From NCBI GenBank assembly GCA_040954595.2, contig CM082581.2:62001-126000 (forward strand): a DNA stretch of 64,000 bases, written 5' to 3'. Below, piece after piece: positions 12,175 through 24,423 of the stretch; position 1 is the first letter of the stretch, and the number at the start of each line of letters is the position of its first letter. The position numbers and the translations under genes are program-made. The DNA comes from Balanoglossus misakiensis. Taxonomy: Eukaryota > Animalia > Hemichordata. Below the pieces are notes generated by a model. It was not told where the DNA came from. It was given only the letters and a program-made list of their open reading frames with translations, and did no database searches.

Positions 12175-12290
12175 AATTTTCACAGCGCTCTCAGTAAAGC
12201 ATCCTTGGCAGGTGCACGTCAATGCCACACACGAGGTTAGGGTTGGCAAGTGCTGCCATTTTGACATGGGTTGTTAGCACTTATCAATTC
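12175..12290 (-). pseudogene. Decayed EGF-like exon (several frameshifts)
   Basis: IDKC(fs)NNPCQNGSTCQP(fs)LTSCVALTCTCQGCFT(fs)ERCEN between gtag and gtcagt. Deleted in copy 2; donor end deleted in copy 3. Confidence 0.8.
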
Positions 12291-12948
12291 CTACGCATGA
12301 CAGAAAAATGAAGAATTAGGCTATGGGCCGGAACTGCCTATCAGTTCAACATGCACTCTGTATATTAGGGTCTATTTCTTTTACATAAAAGACAAGTCTT
12401 CTTGCTCTAATATGATAAAATAAAAAAACTTCAACTTAAATATTGCGTCCTCAGAGGTAATATCGAGCCCTAAAAATCAGGTATGCTAATGCCGTTAAAG
12501 GTCGTGCAGTTCTCCTTATAACAATCGTTCGATTGGTGGTTACGTGACTGCATCAATCACAGAATGCGTTATGTCACTCAGCAATTACACACACAGGGCA
12601 AACTATCAGGCAGCTACATGTACACTAGTATACATGTTACAGAAGATTAAACAGAATTTTTGGCAAGGAAAGTTTGAGCAGACTAGTCCATTCAATGTAA
12701 AAAATGGTGCTGATTCCAAAAAAGTCAGTCTTATTGACCCCTTTGAAGACAAAATTGCCATTTTTGCCACTTTTAACCCAAAAGGTCATTAAAAAAACCC
12801 ACTCAAAACACACTGTTTTCATCACATTCGGAGATCTGATGACATTTGAGGATTATGCGGAAACAGTGACACAGCAGAATAAAAATTACAGGTGACATTT
12901 GCAAGCACTTATGATCTGACCATATAGAAATATGCAATGTAAAAACAT

Positions 12949-14218
12949 TAACAAGGAACATGCCCAATAAACTGTCATGTGTCATGGCAGTCTTACAAGT
13001 GGTGCTAGAAAAAAAAATTGACCAAAAATTGTCTGTACACAAACACATATGCGAAGCAACTTCTTTCAGTCAGCCCTGGAACAGACACACACTGACCTGC
13101 CACTGGTAATTAAAATGTGATAGCTGGTGGTCTCTGTAACAGCTGGCCTATTTAAGTTATGTAAACATGTCTTTGTTCGAGGTAACAACTCCTTGTAAAT
13201 AGTAACTTTAAAAACAACTGGACAATTTGTTTAGGAGAAGATTTGCTAACCAAAAACAAAGAAACTTACCAAAAAAACTCGCTAAATATTTAATCTTTCT
13301 GATCTCAGAATTGAATAAAAGTTGCACATATACAGGTATGTGTTATGAAATTATATCCTAAATTTCAAAGCAATCAGAGAAAAAACTAATTTCAAAGCAA
13401 TCCAACAAGCAGTTTCACAGAAAATATTTGTTCAAAAGTGGCAAAAACACAAATATGCAAATATCACCAAAATTGTACAATATCTTACTTCAATCACTAC
13501 AAGGAACATGCTGCCTAAGTTCAATGCAATAGGACAAGCGGTTTCAGTGAAAACAATTTTTGACAAAAATTGCAAAAGTTTCCCCGATAACACATTTATG
13601 CAAATATCACATTTTTTACAACAAATTATTTAGGTTACCCCTACGAACATGCCTACCAAATTGCAAAGCAATCTGGCATGAGGTTTTAAAGAAAAACATT
13701 TTTTGACCAAAAATGGCAAATAATGCTCAAAATTATAGATATGCAAATTTTGCAACAATTTGAACAAAACTATGGTTACTTAGACAACATTAGGAGGCTT
13801 CATACTAAATTTCAAAGACTTTTACCAATAACATGGAAAAATACAAATAAATGCAAAAAAAAATAGGAAATCGATAATATTAGCTCAAAACATACAGGGT
13901 TGTATGAGGTTGATATAAGGTACATGCATACCATTTTTCAAATCAATATGACCAGTGGTTGTCCAGTTTTTGAGTTTTGACCAATTTCACATTTTCCCAG
14001 CTAATTTGCATATTTTTGGCAATGACATCTTCATTTGAACAAACTCCCATCTACAGCCCTGCCTGCATCTACACGCCAAATATCGAGGTCATACGCGCTG
14101 TGGTTTTCAAGTTTTTCATGTGGACGGACATACAGACATACATCCATCCATCCATCCATACATACAGACGTAACCAATCCCATAAGTTCCCATGGTACAT
14201 ACCAATGGGACCTAAAAA
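12949..14218. mobile_element. HINE/DINE-1-like non-autonomous Helentron element
   Basis: Degenerate A-rich core repeats (ttttgaccaaaaa, atgcaaat), an (acat/ccat)n microsatellite at ~14125-14170, then a terminal stem-loop cccatggta..taccaatggg and taaaaa. Present in all copies. Confidence 0.6.
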
Positions 14219-14230
14219 CTTGTGACTTAC

Positions 14231-14353
14231 ATGTAACACATGTTTGCCCAGTGTAGCAGGTTGGACAGTTGCAGGTGTAGATTGAGCAGGAGCCTTGAAG
14301 TGGCTGATACACTCCGTTATTCAGACATGGGTTTAGAAGACACTGGTTGATCG
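14231..14353 (-). CDS. EGF-like exon, open (third Cys to Tyr)
   Basis: ttag|123 bp|gtaagt: INQCLLNPCLNNGVYQPLQGSCSIYTCNCPTCYTGQTCVT. Confidence 0.8.
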
Positions 14354-14550
14354 CTAAGGGTGAGAGAAATGAAAAGTATCACATTAGGGTCTTACACACT
14401 TGAGTGGGAAGTGAAATCTGTAGCAGACTGTCAGAAGATTGCACATCCGTGTGATCATGTTCATGTGTGAAGGATTATGAAGACCACTTGATCCAAGCTT
14501 GGTGCTACCATCTTTATCATAATTACAGCATCTTATAATATTTACTAGTT

Positions 14551-14576
14551 GGGGGTGGGTGGGGTGGGGGTGGGGG
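14551..14576 (+). other. G-run tract with G-quadruplex potential
   Basis: gggggtgggtggggtgggggtggggg; also at ~32622, ~47162 and ~62053. Confidence 0.5.
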
Positions 14577-14800
14577 TAGTTGATGTCATAACTTTCTGAT
14601 GTTTCAATTTACGGTTGGAAAAATAGCAACATCTACACTGATGAGCATTTGAGTCAATGAAAGTATTAATCATGGCTACCGTAGTGCATATAAGTCTCTT
14701 GGTTAGCTGCACAATCACAGGCAACTTTATTCAGACAATATCAATGACAAAGCCCAGCGATTTCTACTTTGTGCGGCAAATCTGACACTGGTTTGCTTAC

Positions 14801-14917
14801 GTTCAGCGCACGTGGTTCCGATGAAACAGCGTGGACTCTGGCATCTGAACTCGGTGCAGGACACTTGCTGGCAGAATCCACTGTTTAGACAAGGGTTGGG
14901 CTGACACGGATTCAAAT
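14801..14917 (-). CDS. EGF-like exon, open (one Cys to Ser)
   Basis: acag|117 bp|gtaagc: LNPCQPNPCLNSGFCQQVSCTEFRCQSPRCFIGTTCAE. Confidence 0.8.
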
Positions 14918-15301
14918 CTGTGCACAGAAGAGAAAGTGATATAAATTGTGTACAGTTAATATTTACTACATATACTTTAAACAGATTTGTGCAGTTAGGG
15001 TTGAGTGGTAAAAATCTCAGTTGGTCAACAGAACATCACTGTGACAAATTTCTTCCATGTTCAACAAAAGAAACGTAATGAAATTTTGACACAGGTGTAA
15101 TAGTGTCTTAGTGTACCATACGGTGCAGGTTGTTATTTGGTCAAATACACAATCCCCTTTTATGGCACACACATTCTTAATAAATTTCCCCAAAATTGTG
15201 TCGTTATTCACTGTTTGATACAGGTTGGAAGAAACCAACTGCAAGCCGATTATGTGTTATGTTATTATGTTCCTCTTCATCTGAAATTTAAAATCACTCA
15301 C

Positions 15302-15424
15302 ATGTCTGACATAAATCGCCGGAGTAACAGCTTGTACAGGAGCATGTGAATTCAGTACACCAATTGGGCGTCAGCACACAGTTTCCACCATTCCGACACT
15401 GGATGGGTTGACACTGGTTGACAG
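15302..15424 (-). CDS. Intact 8-Cys EGF-like exon
   Basis: acag|123 bp|gtgagt: VNQCQPIQCRNGGNCVLTPNWCTEFTCSCTSCYSGDLCQT. Confidence 0.82.
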
Positions 15425-15719
15425 CTGTGGGATGTGCAGTCAAGATATTGTCAAAATTACAGAATCTACAAACTACACTCCACAGTCATGTACATGTATA
15501 CATGACAACAACCAAAGGGCTGTTTTGAAAAACCAAATGCTGTGAAATCCTTTAGAGTGTGACAAGAAACCACAGTTGCAACCGAAAACAAAAATAGTGA
15601 TAACATTAAGCTAGCCCAAAGTTTGAGTTACCAGGCCTTTAATATGTGTACCGTACTTATATTATATAATACATAACAAGTGTTTTGCATTGAATAAAAT
15701 AATATTGGTTAGTACTTAC

Positions 15720-15839
15720 GCATTGTACATGTGGCACCAGTGAAGCATTCGGTACACATACAGTCAAACAGGAAACAGCCGTCTCACGCAACGCATGTGC
15801 CACCATTTTGACAAGGCATAGGGTATAACTGATCAATGG
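15720..15839 (-). pseudogene. EGF-like exon with TGA stop
   Basis: gcag|120 bp|gtaagt: IDQLYPMPCQNGGTCVA*DGCFLFDCMCTECFTGATCTM. The stop is in all four copies. Confidence 0.85.
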
Positions 15840-16233
15840 CTGCCAAAACAAAAATGAAAGTATCAATTACCTGCTTGTCAAAAACTTGTACATGTACTTG
15901 TGATGTTCATTTCGTTTAAATATGTGAGCAATGTCTTCATTCCTTGTTTCAAACCTTTACATTTAAAATAACATAATGATGCTATTGCTAGGATTTTTCT
16001 GTAAGAATCTTGAAAAATTAAAAAAATGTGCCATCAACATGATACAGAAGGCTTTCCTTTTTAACATGCACCTCACACTCAATTTTGACCCTACATCAGC
16101 AAATTTTGAAAGGATGAAACTTAGTAATGCTTCCACCCCATTTATTGGTGTATGGGTCCATCTATCACATTGAGAATACCAAAAATGAGGGTTTATATAC
16201 CACGCTGTGTCATAAAACAGTAATTCGACACAC

Positions 16234-16356
16234 CTACGGCACAGATGGCCCCAGTCCAACACTACTGGCAGTAACAGGTGTAGTCAGTATAAGAATTTGG
16301 TGTTTTGGAACAATAGCCTCCATTTTGACACGGATTCTGATCACATGGGTCAATGA
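16234..16356 (-). pseudogene. EGF-like exon with TAG stop and mutated acceptor
   Basis: IDPCDQNPCQNGGYCSKTPNSYTDYTCYCQ*CWTGAICAV; the acceptor reads TG instead of AG. Confidence 0.85.
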
Positions 16357-16930
16357 CAATCAGAAAAAAAATAGTTTAAAACACATGAAATGCAGATGGC
16401 TACACCTCAACCAAAGATGATTCCTGCACCACAACAAAATCCTTTGACACAAGCATTATACTGGAACCATACCCAGAACACGCATTAAGTATATGATGAA
16501 GGGACAATGTCTCTATTTTGGGTAATACAGTAAAACCTGTCTTTATGGACACCTCTCTAATCAGAACACCTAGTAAGATTGATTTTTCAAGCCAAATAGT
16601 AAGGATAATTAAGGACGTCTCTTTTACTTAATACTCAGAGGTGTGCACCACCTCAGGAGAGATTACCTCACATGCACAATTATCTCTACAGACACTAGTC
16701 TTCAAGAGGCAACTCTTGTATATTTGAGTGATGAAAACATCCAGCTTCGTACACTTCCTCACAAGTTCGTGCCTATCCTAAATTGCACGGACATACAAAT
16801 GAAATTTCTGTTTCCTTTTCCTTTCTTTTCTCTTGGGGAAATTTTAGAAATGAGAAGTTACCACACAATTCAATTGCCATGAAGAGAAAGTGCCCAAAAG
16901 ATTGTCATTTACGGTACGTCAGAAACTTAC

Positions 16931-17053
16931 ATATTTCACAACGGTTACCCTCATAGCAACCAGTACAGGCACAGGTATATGCCGTGCAGGAGTTGGCCAC
17001 TGCATTACATACAGCCCCGTTGAGACAGCTGTTTCGCTGGCATGGATCTTGGA
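16931..17053 (-). CDS. Intact 8-Cys EGF-like exon
   Basis: gcag|123 bp|gtaagt: QDPCQRNSCLNGAVCNAVANSCTAYTCACTGCYEGNRCEI. Confidence 0.82.
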
Positions 17054-17444
17054 CTGCAATAAAAAGTGCAACCTAATGTTATCTCAGCAATATTTACTTT
17101 CAAAATCTGTTTGATAAAAACATCATCATTACCATTACTGTAAATACTGAACGGAACTTCACTTCCAAAAACAACTTGCGCATTCTGGGACGCACTTGTG
17201 GGGCTATGAAAATCTCTGTATATGTATCTTGTGTAGGGAAAATTTTCATTAACGATCAACATTTTTTTCTTCAAATAAACATGTTTTCTTTCAGCTGTAC
17301 ATCATTTTTGAGGTGACCGATTCCCAAGGCCCAAGGTGTGATGCTAAAGATGAAAATATAAAGTATGACCAACAGACAATGGATTGAGACATGATTGTAA
17401 ATGTTAGTTCCTGCATGACAAATGTTTGTTTTAATGAGTTTTAC

Positions 17445-17561
17445 ACTGGCTGCAGTGTGTGCCGATGAAACATCCTGGACAAGTACACTCATAAGTTGTA
17501 CACGACAGCTGAGTACACCGCCCATTGTTCAGGCATGGACTTGGCCTACATGGAGTTTGTT
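17445..17561 (-). CDS. Intact 8-Cys EGF-like exon
   Basis: acag|117 bp|gtaaaa: QTPCRPSPCLNNGRCTQLSCTTYECTCPGCFIGTHCSQ. Confidence 0.8.
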
Positions 17562-17872
17562 CTGTTTCAATGGCATTAAAAAAAATAGTAGTGACATAAG
17601 TTTTTAGGGTATGACCATTTCCCTAATTCCTACAGCTGTGGTTCTATCGGGTTCTCCTATAACTGAGCCTCCTAAATGTATAACTGAACAATAAGAATTA
17701 CTTATTATACTTTTGGGAGTTTAGGACTTTGGTAATTGAAAAAAGACTCAATTCCTGAAAGTGCCTATTTGGTTTGTCACATCCTAAATATACAGGTAAT
17801 TTCATAGCTGCCAGCTATGACAAATATACCGGTATGATGGGGGATAAACAGATCCTCGTCTCATAAATTTAC

Positions 17873-17995
17873 CTTGGTCACAGGTGATTCCAATGAAACA
17901 GCCTTGACAGTGACAGGTAAACGCACTGCACGATCTACTGATTGGCTCACAGATACCGTTGTTCATGCACAGATTGGGAGAACATTGACCGAGTC
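17873..17995 (-). CDS. Intact 8-Cys EGF-like exon (copy 1 only)
   Basis: ccag|123 bp|gtaaat: LGQCSPNLCMNNGICEPISRSCSAFTCHCQGCFIGITCDQ. Confidence 0.82.
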
Positions 17996-18282
17996 CTGGA
18001 GATGCATGTAAATCAACCAACAATTGCATATTAACATCACAAGTCATTTCACTATTTTTTAATTCAAAACTAAAAAGATTGCTTGTAACTTGCTGAAGAA
18101 ATATTCATATGGACAGACCATTCTAGCTTGGAACAGGCAAAGTCAAGGGTGCCCTGACGCCCAACTTTTAAGAGCAGTTCATTTACTGAAACTGCCAGCA
18201 CCCAATATTATCACACATATAATCCATATGTGGAAATCAAATACACCTGTAACAGTTTTAATTTAACATGTGGGTATTTGCA

Positions 18283-18788
18283 TAGCGCACACATGAAAAT
18301 CCAGCCAGTTTGTTTACAAATTGTTTTCGTGAAATCTGTTTTATTGTTAACGCACTGCGAAATAAAATGCCCCTAAACCACAATTTTTGTTTCAATGCTT
18401 CACGCAAACATAAAATTATTACGAAAAGTGTCAGCGTTACCAAGAAATATGAGTGCCCAGTCGGACATGCAAAAAACATGGATGATTTGTTTACAATTTT
18501 TAAATGAAGCTTGTGGCACTAGAAATGACCGTTCAACCGACAGACGAACACCAAACGTAATACTTTTAGAATTTTAGAAAAAAACGCAGTGGCTGCTGAA
18601 ATGCAGGAGTGCCAGTTTGGTGGCAAGTTTTCACATCACTGGTGGGGTCGACATGTGCCGAAGTAAGGAAGTCATTGTCCAACTGTCCTGGGTGTTAATT
18701 ATATGCAAAAGAACATCATCATACAGATAATCCCCAAACCCTTTGATCTTTGCCGCAGTTGCTCGTCCTTCTTTCTCTAGGGTCTATG
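18283..18788. mobile_element. P-element-like transposon with left end deleted (copy 1)
   Basis: Right TIR and GTTTGAC are present; the left TIR and its flank are missing at the ~18282 junction. Confidence 0.8.
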
Positions 18789-18903
18789 GTTTGACAGATG
18801 TCACCTGTGTAAGAGTTCACACACTGGCATGAATAGAAATTGCACGATGTTTGCTGGCAAAATCCACCATTCATACATGGGTTGGGATCACAGGGGTTTT
18901 GCA
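18789..18903 (-). pseudogene. EGF-like exon interrupted at its 3' end by a TIR transposon
   Basis: ccag|QNPCDPNPCMNGGFCQQTSCNFYSCQCVNSYTGDICQT, then transposon TIR sequence instead of GT. Confidence 0.85.
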
Positions 18904-19161
18904 CTGGAAATTAAGAAAGGACGCCATTTTATTCTATGCTACTCATTCTACAGTACAGATATGGCAAAAACCTTGCAGAATTATGGCAAGGGTGTGTGGA
19001 GTGATTGTGCCTACAACTTATATTAGGCTGGTATCAAGTTGTTCACACCTCCATAGATCATGTGGCAGTGACTGTAAGGCAAGGGCTTCTCTTCATGAAA
19101 TCAAAGACCTGTGTACTGGAGGAGGGTTCCTTGCAAATGCTTGACTTGACTTCAGGCATAC

Positions 19162-19274
19162 CTGTAGACTCATATGCAAATTTACACTATCTGGCCTGGA
19201 GTGAGAATTTCCATAGTGGATGTGTGTTGACAAAAGGCAGTAAAATTGGCCAGTCGCGCATAATGTTTCTTGAA
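19162..19274 (-). other. Possible non-EGF linker exon
   Basis: ttag|113 bp|gtatgc, open frame: QETLCATGQFYCLLSTHIHYGNSHSRPDSVNLHMSLQ. Confidence 0.3.
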
Positions 19275-19457
19275 CTAAGACAATCAAGACATTATGCGCT
19301 ACGAAAGTGATTTTGATTGGGAAGAGTGTAATCTTGCATTCGATGTCAAGAACGCTCCAAGCTCTGCTGTGGTGATGGCTACACCTATGTTCAGGAAACA
19401 TGCAGTATTTGAATGCATCAGAGACAAAAGGTAAAAGAGACTGCGCTGTATACTTAC

Positions 19458-19580
19458 ATATCTCACACCTATCACCTTTGTAGCAACCAGTACATATGCA
19501 GGTGAGATCAAAGCAGGAATTTCGAGCCGGTTGACAGAAGCCACCATTCTGGCACGGATTTGGTGGACACTGGTTGAGTC
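19458..19580 (-). CDS. Intact 8-Cys EGF-like exon
   Basis: gtag|123 bp|gtaagt: LNQCPPNPCQNGGFCQPARNSCFDLTCICTGCYKGDRCEI. Copies at 37905-38027 and 52759-52881. Confidence 0.85.
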
Positions 19581-19834
19581 CTACAAGGAAAAGGGTCAAA
19601 TTTTCCATGATCATCAATGTCATGTGATTATGAATGTATGTAAGTGGCTGGAAAAAATTCCCAGGGGTGAGTTTCCTACAAAAATTGTGATGTGACAAAC
19701 CAACAAATTAGCATATTAGCATAATCAGAATAAATAAAAAAAATGCACAGGTAGTTTAAAAGAACAAACACTTTGGAAACGGAATAGAGCTAAGCTGCTG
19801 TCCCTTTCTAATTGTTACTCGTTCAATCACCTGT

Positions 19835-20265
19835 CACATCACTCCAATTTTGTATCAGTTGCACTGGCTACCTGTTACAGAGCGTATTGTTTTTAAGATG
19901 TTAGTTCTCATTTTTAAATCCATTCATAAACTTGGTCCAATCTATCTTTCTAGCATGACTAATCTATATGTTCCGTGTCGCAATTTAAGGTCAGCTGATC
20001 AGTACAAACTCTGCCCTGTTCGATCACGCACCAAGAGTTATGGTGATCGTGCTTTTACTGTTGCTGCTCCAATTCTTTGGAATAATCTTCCACTCACCAT
20101 TCGCCAGGCACCAGACTTATCTGTTTTTAAATCAAATGTTAAAACTTTACTTTTTAAATCTGTTTTTTTAGCCATTTGTTGTATTGTACTTTTGCTTTAA
20201 GCGTCATTGATCACATTTTTTGTGGATACTGACGCTATACAAATAAATTATTATTATTATTATTA
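19835..20265 (+). mobile_element. L2/CR1-group LINE 3' fragment (copy 2)
   Basis: Duplicate of 141-567. Confidence 0.9.
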
Positions 20266-22410
20266 TTTCTATTTTTGTGTTTGTACAACATCAGTGAAGT
20301 TTAAATCATAATAAAAATGATAATTATCATTATTAACTGCTATAGATTCAAACTTACTTGTCTCACACCTGGTTCCCTAGTAACACTCTGTGCACATGCC
20401 AATGGTGGCAGTACAAGAATTTGCCTGTTGTTGGCAGGTACCTCCATTGAGACAAGGACTAGTGAAGCATGGATTAGGAACTGGAAGACAGGAATTCAAA
20501 ATTTTATACAACACTTACCTATGGTAACACCAGTACACGTTCATTATTTCTCTGTTATGTTTTTATACTGGTGAGTTTACTGTTTTTATTACCGATCATA
20601 CTGACTGACTTAAAGATGATGATGATGATGATGATGATAATGACTACACCTGCTATTATTACTACAATGTACCTCAGCACTTAGATTTTTTAATAAATGA
20701 CAAAGTACTGTACTCACGTGTTTCACATGTGAAGCCCAGGTAGCAGCCAGCACATTGACATGTGACGCCTGTCCAAGATCCCTGGATTGCTTGGCAAGTA
20801 CCAGCATTCCGGCATGGGTTAAGGTTTGTGTTCGCACGGATTCATTGCTGCAAATGTACACAATATTTACAAAATAAAACAGTATACAACTGTAAGTATT
20901 TATAATCATCAATTGTGAATATCACACCAATCAAGGCTTTTCAATGCACCCTGATTGCTGAGAGCTGAAATACGTGAACCAACGTGTATTTGTTTTCACT
21001 ACTATATCACATGACATTCTGCATCTCTTTTCCAAAGTTGTAGTCTGCACCCAACATTGTATTCCGGGGTAGCACTACACGGAACCCCGAAACTTTTTTG
21101 TCATCATCCGAGTACTTTTCCCAGCATGCAGTTGCCAAGAAGGCTGCACAGGGAGTTTTTAATTTTGCACTGGTATACAATTTTTTTATTCGTCAATTTC
21201 ACAGACACGTGCATTGCACATCAAAATTTTGCGTCAAAAGTGAGGACAACTTAACTAGGTACCAATGCAATGTGGTTTTAGGCGGATTTGAACTTTTCCT
21301 TTAATGTAACAGTTGTATTGACATGCGATTATCATACTGAACATGAATCAATCTCAAAATTGCTAAAAATAAAATAATTCAGAACATTTAGATTCTACAA
21401 TGGTGAAAAAATATGACAAACCTCCCAAAATTCTTATTTTTGAGGCCATTTTACAAAAATCTACGAGCCTGGCAAAATCTGACAGAGGTGCTAGATAAAG
21501 GGCACTTTTTCAAAACTCTAGATGGTTGACCCCAAGTATGCTTATTTGGTTAAATTTTAAAAGGAAATCACCCGCTGTTTTAGAGTTAATATTGCGAAAG
21601 GGACTTCATAAGTTGTCTGAAAACACCAGTTTCCCCAATTTTCACTAATGTATAGGAATACTTGAGAAGTCGGCCAGATTAGAAGTCGGCCAGTACGCGC
21701 GTATGAGAAGTCGGCCAGTACGAGAAGTCGGCCAGTTGTTGAACTTGTACCCGAATAGTGCAGTAATGACCCAGATTACATATAACAACACTTAATAAAA
21801 TATAATTGCACTAAATATTTTCATTTGGACGGATTTCCCAAATTCTTGACAACACAATGGCGTCATTTCAAATAATGGCGTCTGGCATCCGTACCGGTTC
21901 GCCAGCCCCGTATCCGCGTAAGGAGCTTAGGTTGTTCGCCAAATTCCTGTGACATTTCTGATTAAAGGGAGTTGTTTCAAAGCCTACTAAAATACATAGA
22001 AGGTGTATGTGTATATTCATACTTTGAGACAAAACCAAACAAACAAACGTGACGAGGAACAGACTACTGGCGCAGCGCAAGAAGTGCAGGTGACTGATGT
22101 TGACGTACCCCGGCGACGTACATGCAAAGTGAACAGACAATTTTAAAATTCATCGGCTATTTGTACAAATATCTCAGCTCCTGTACATCAAGGAAACATT
22201 TCGTAGTGAAACAGTTATATATAACACAAAGTACCAGGGTTCTCTCCCACAGGCCGACTTCTCGTACTGGCCCATACTGGTCGACTTCTCAGGACACCAT
22301 GTATAGCATAGCTGTTGAACTCAAAAAATATGTAAAACTACAAGTGATGTAAACAACTTGTGGAACCATGTTCAAATCGAGACCAGAAGAAAAGAGATTT
22401 CAAGACTTAC

Positions 22411-23174
22411 CTCCTTCAACACTTTACTGCCCTGTAGCGCACTGTGTGACACTTGTAGTTGTGCATTCATAACCAGAAGGACGTGGCCGAACCTAGCGAG
22501 TATGAACCTATCACAGAAAAAATTCAAAGAACGATTGGTTTGGTCCAACGATCCCTTATTAGAGAGATGTCCGTAATCACAGGTGTTACTGTACTATACC
22601 TCTTCAGTGGAATCATTGTGTTTTTCAAAGTGCATCACAATATCAACTCCAATGAGCATAACAGTTTAATTTTCTGTGTATGTCATGCTATAACACAGGG
22701 AAGTCACAAGAGTGATTTGCAGCCCAACTTACCAGTAACTGTTGAACAATCAACTACGGGTGACATGGTTGGACACTTGGATCCTGCTGGACAAGGCGTG
22801 CATGTGCCGTCGCCTTCCATAGCATATTCACCATTGCCACAGTCAAGCGGATCTTACATTGAATCTGAACTCGATTGTCCAGCAGGGTACAGAAGACGGG
22901 ATGTGCGTGCAGGCTCCTCACTTATTTCATCTGATTAAAGAAAATGAGGTTTTTAGTGAAGTATTTGTGATACAGTGTCATTTAAAATAACAAATTACTT
23001 GAGATGATTCACTTCATAATTCTGAGACAAGTATACAGGCATGTAGAAAATTCTTTGGAGGACATTAAACGTCATTTCTAATCAACCATTTTCTGAATAT
23101 CATAAGACTCTGCGAGATCTCACATGGCTAACCGGGTCTCGCAAGATCTCGCACTGAGTTGATAATCTGTTGTA

Positions 23175-23206
<32 letters not shown>

Positions 23207-24423
23207 TAACCCCAGTCGCACTGACTTGAAAATCTGTTGTAAAGACATACATGCATACACACATACCCCTCAGTTTCATCACACAGCAAACTGAACAAGT
23301 ACCACAATCTTACCATTTGTACATCTGGTACAGTTTGTTGCACCAGCCAATGACACGTAACCCTTAGTACACTTGAATTGCGATGCACTGGGATCTGTGC
23401 AGGCGTACCCTTGCTCACAAATAGTACACTGTTCAGCACCGGCTGATCTGTAAATCAAACAAAGAATTTACACACCAAGTTAACCTTTGAATACCACTGT
23501 AAAAAATTGGCGCAAATTTTAATTATTTTCATAAATAGAGGTCTATTCAAATTTGATGTTGGAAATAAAGGTGGGTGGGTAGAAGTTTACCTGTTATGCA
23601 AGAGGTACAGCGAGACATCCTTTGTCCAAGGCCGAACTGTAATAACCAGCCGAGCATAAAATCACAGTGTTACCATTTGGACAATGGTTACCAGCTGGGC
23701 AATCAGCACATGATGTTTGTGCTGAAAATAAACAGAGATTTATAGAATCTTATAGTCACAGTCATACCTTCAAAGACGTGGGATTCTCACGCGGGTTGGG
23801 GAGACATAAATCCCTGGCAAAAGATTGAGGACAGGAAAATGCCAAACCAGAGATATTCGTAACAGAAACTGTATACAGTCAATGCCATATGGCAGTGTGC
23901 TGTTCTAACAACAGACAAGAATGTGACGATCATAGTCTGTGTCGGAGATTTGGAAAAAAGCAAATTCGGTGAAAAGACGGGACAAAACAAAAGTCTACTT
24001 ATACGATGCACATGAAAACTGGATGAAAGCGAAGCAGTCCACTATTTGAATGCATTGGATGTAAAATTGGCAGAATATTTGGACTGGACATAATGTTTGT
24101 ACGCACAGAATTAGGCACATGCACATAAGATGATCGTCCGCCTAAGTGAAAGATTACACAGTAATGCCCAAACTTTAAGTGCTGACTCACCATTTATATT
24201 AGTGTAGTATCCATCTTCACACACCTCTGGCTCCGACATACCATCATATTGGCACTTATACCCAGGGCAGGACAAGGCGTACAGTCTATACTTCCATTGT
24301 TGGCAAAATATCCCTGTCCGCATTGTGTTGGTGATGAGAGGCTGGCTGTTCCACACATGAAACCCTTGGACACAGCGTGCATGCTTCAGAACATGCTGAA
24401 CGGTAACTTCCAACTGCGCAGTC
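22411..24423 (-). pseudogene. GCC2/GCC3-type exon cluster (copy 2)
   Basis: Duplicate of 2733-4745 at offset 19678, same lesions. Confidence 0.85.

Larger units (their letters stand above)
1..19694. repeat. Tandem segmental duplication, copy 1 (19.7 kb, type A)
   Basis: Position 1 (acaaaccaagaaattagcat) recurs at 19695, 38142 and 52996. Near-identical ORFs recur at these offsets, e.g. 156/19850/38294/53148. Confidence 0.97.

Noticed and set aside
667-19580. Naming the gene Notch, fibropellin or SCUBE
   Set aside because: No LNR, ankyrin, CUB or avidin exons were seen, and the EGF cysteine pattern differs from those families.
19093-19698. 201-aa minus-strand ORF (also 37540 and 52394) as a single-exon gene
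   Set aside because: It is read-through of introns around the 123-bp EGF exon, which has clear AG/GT sites.
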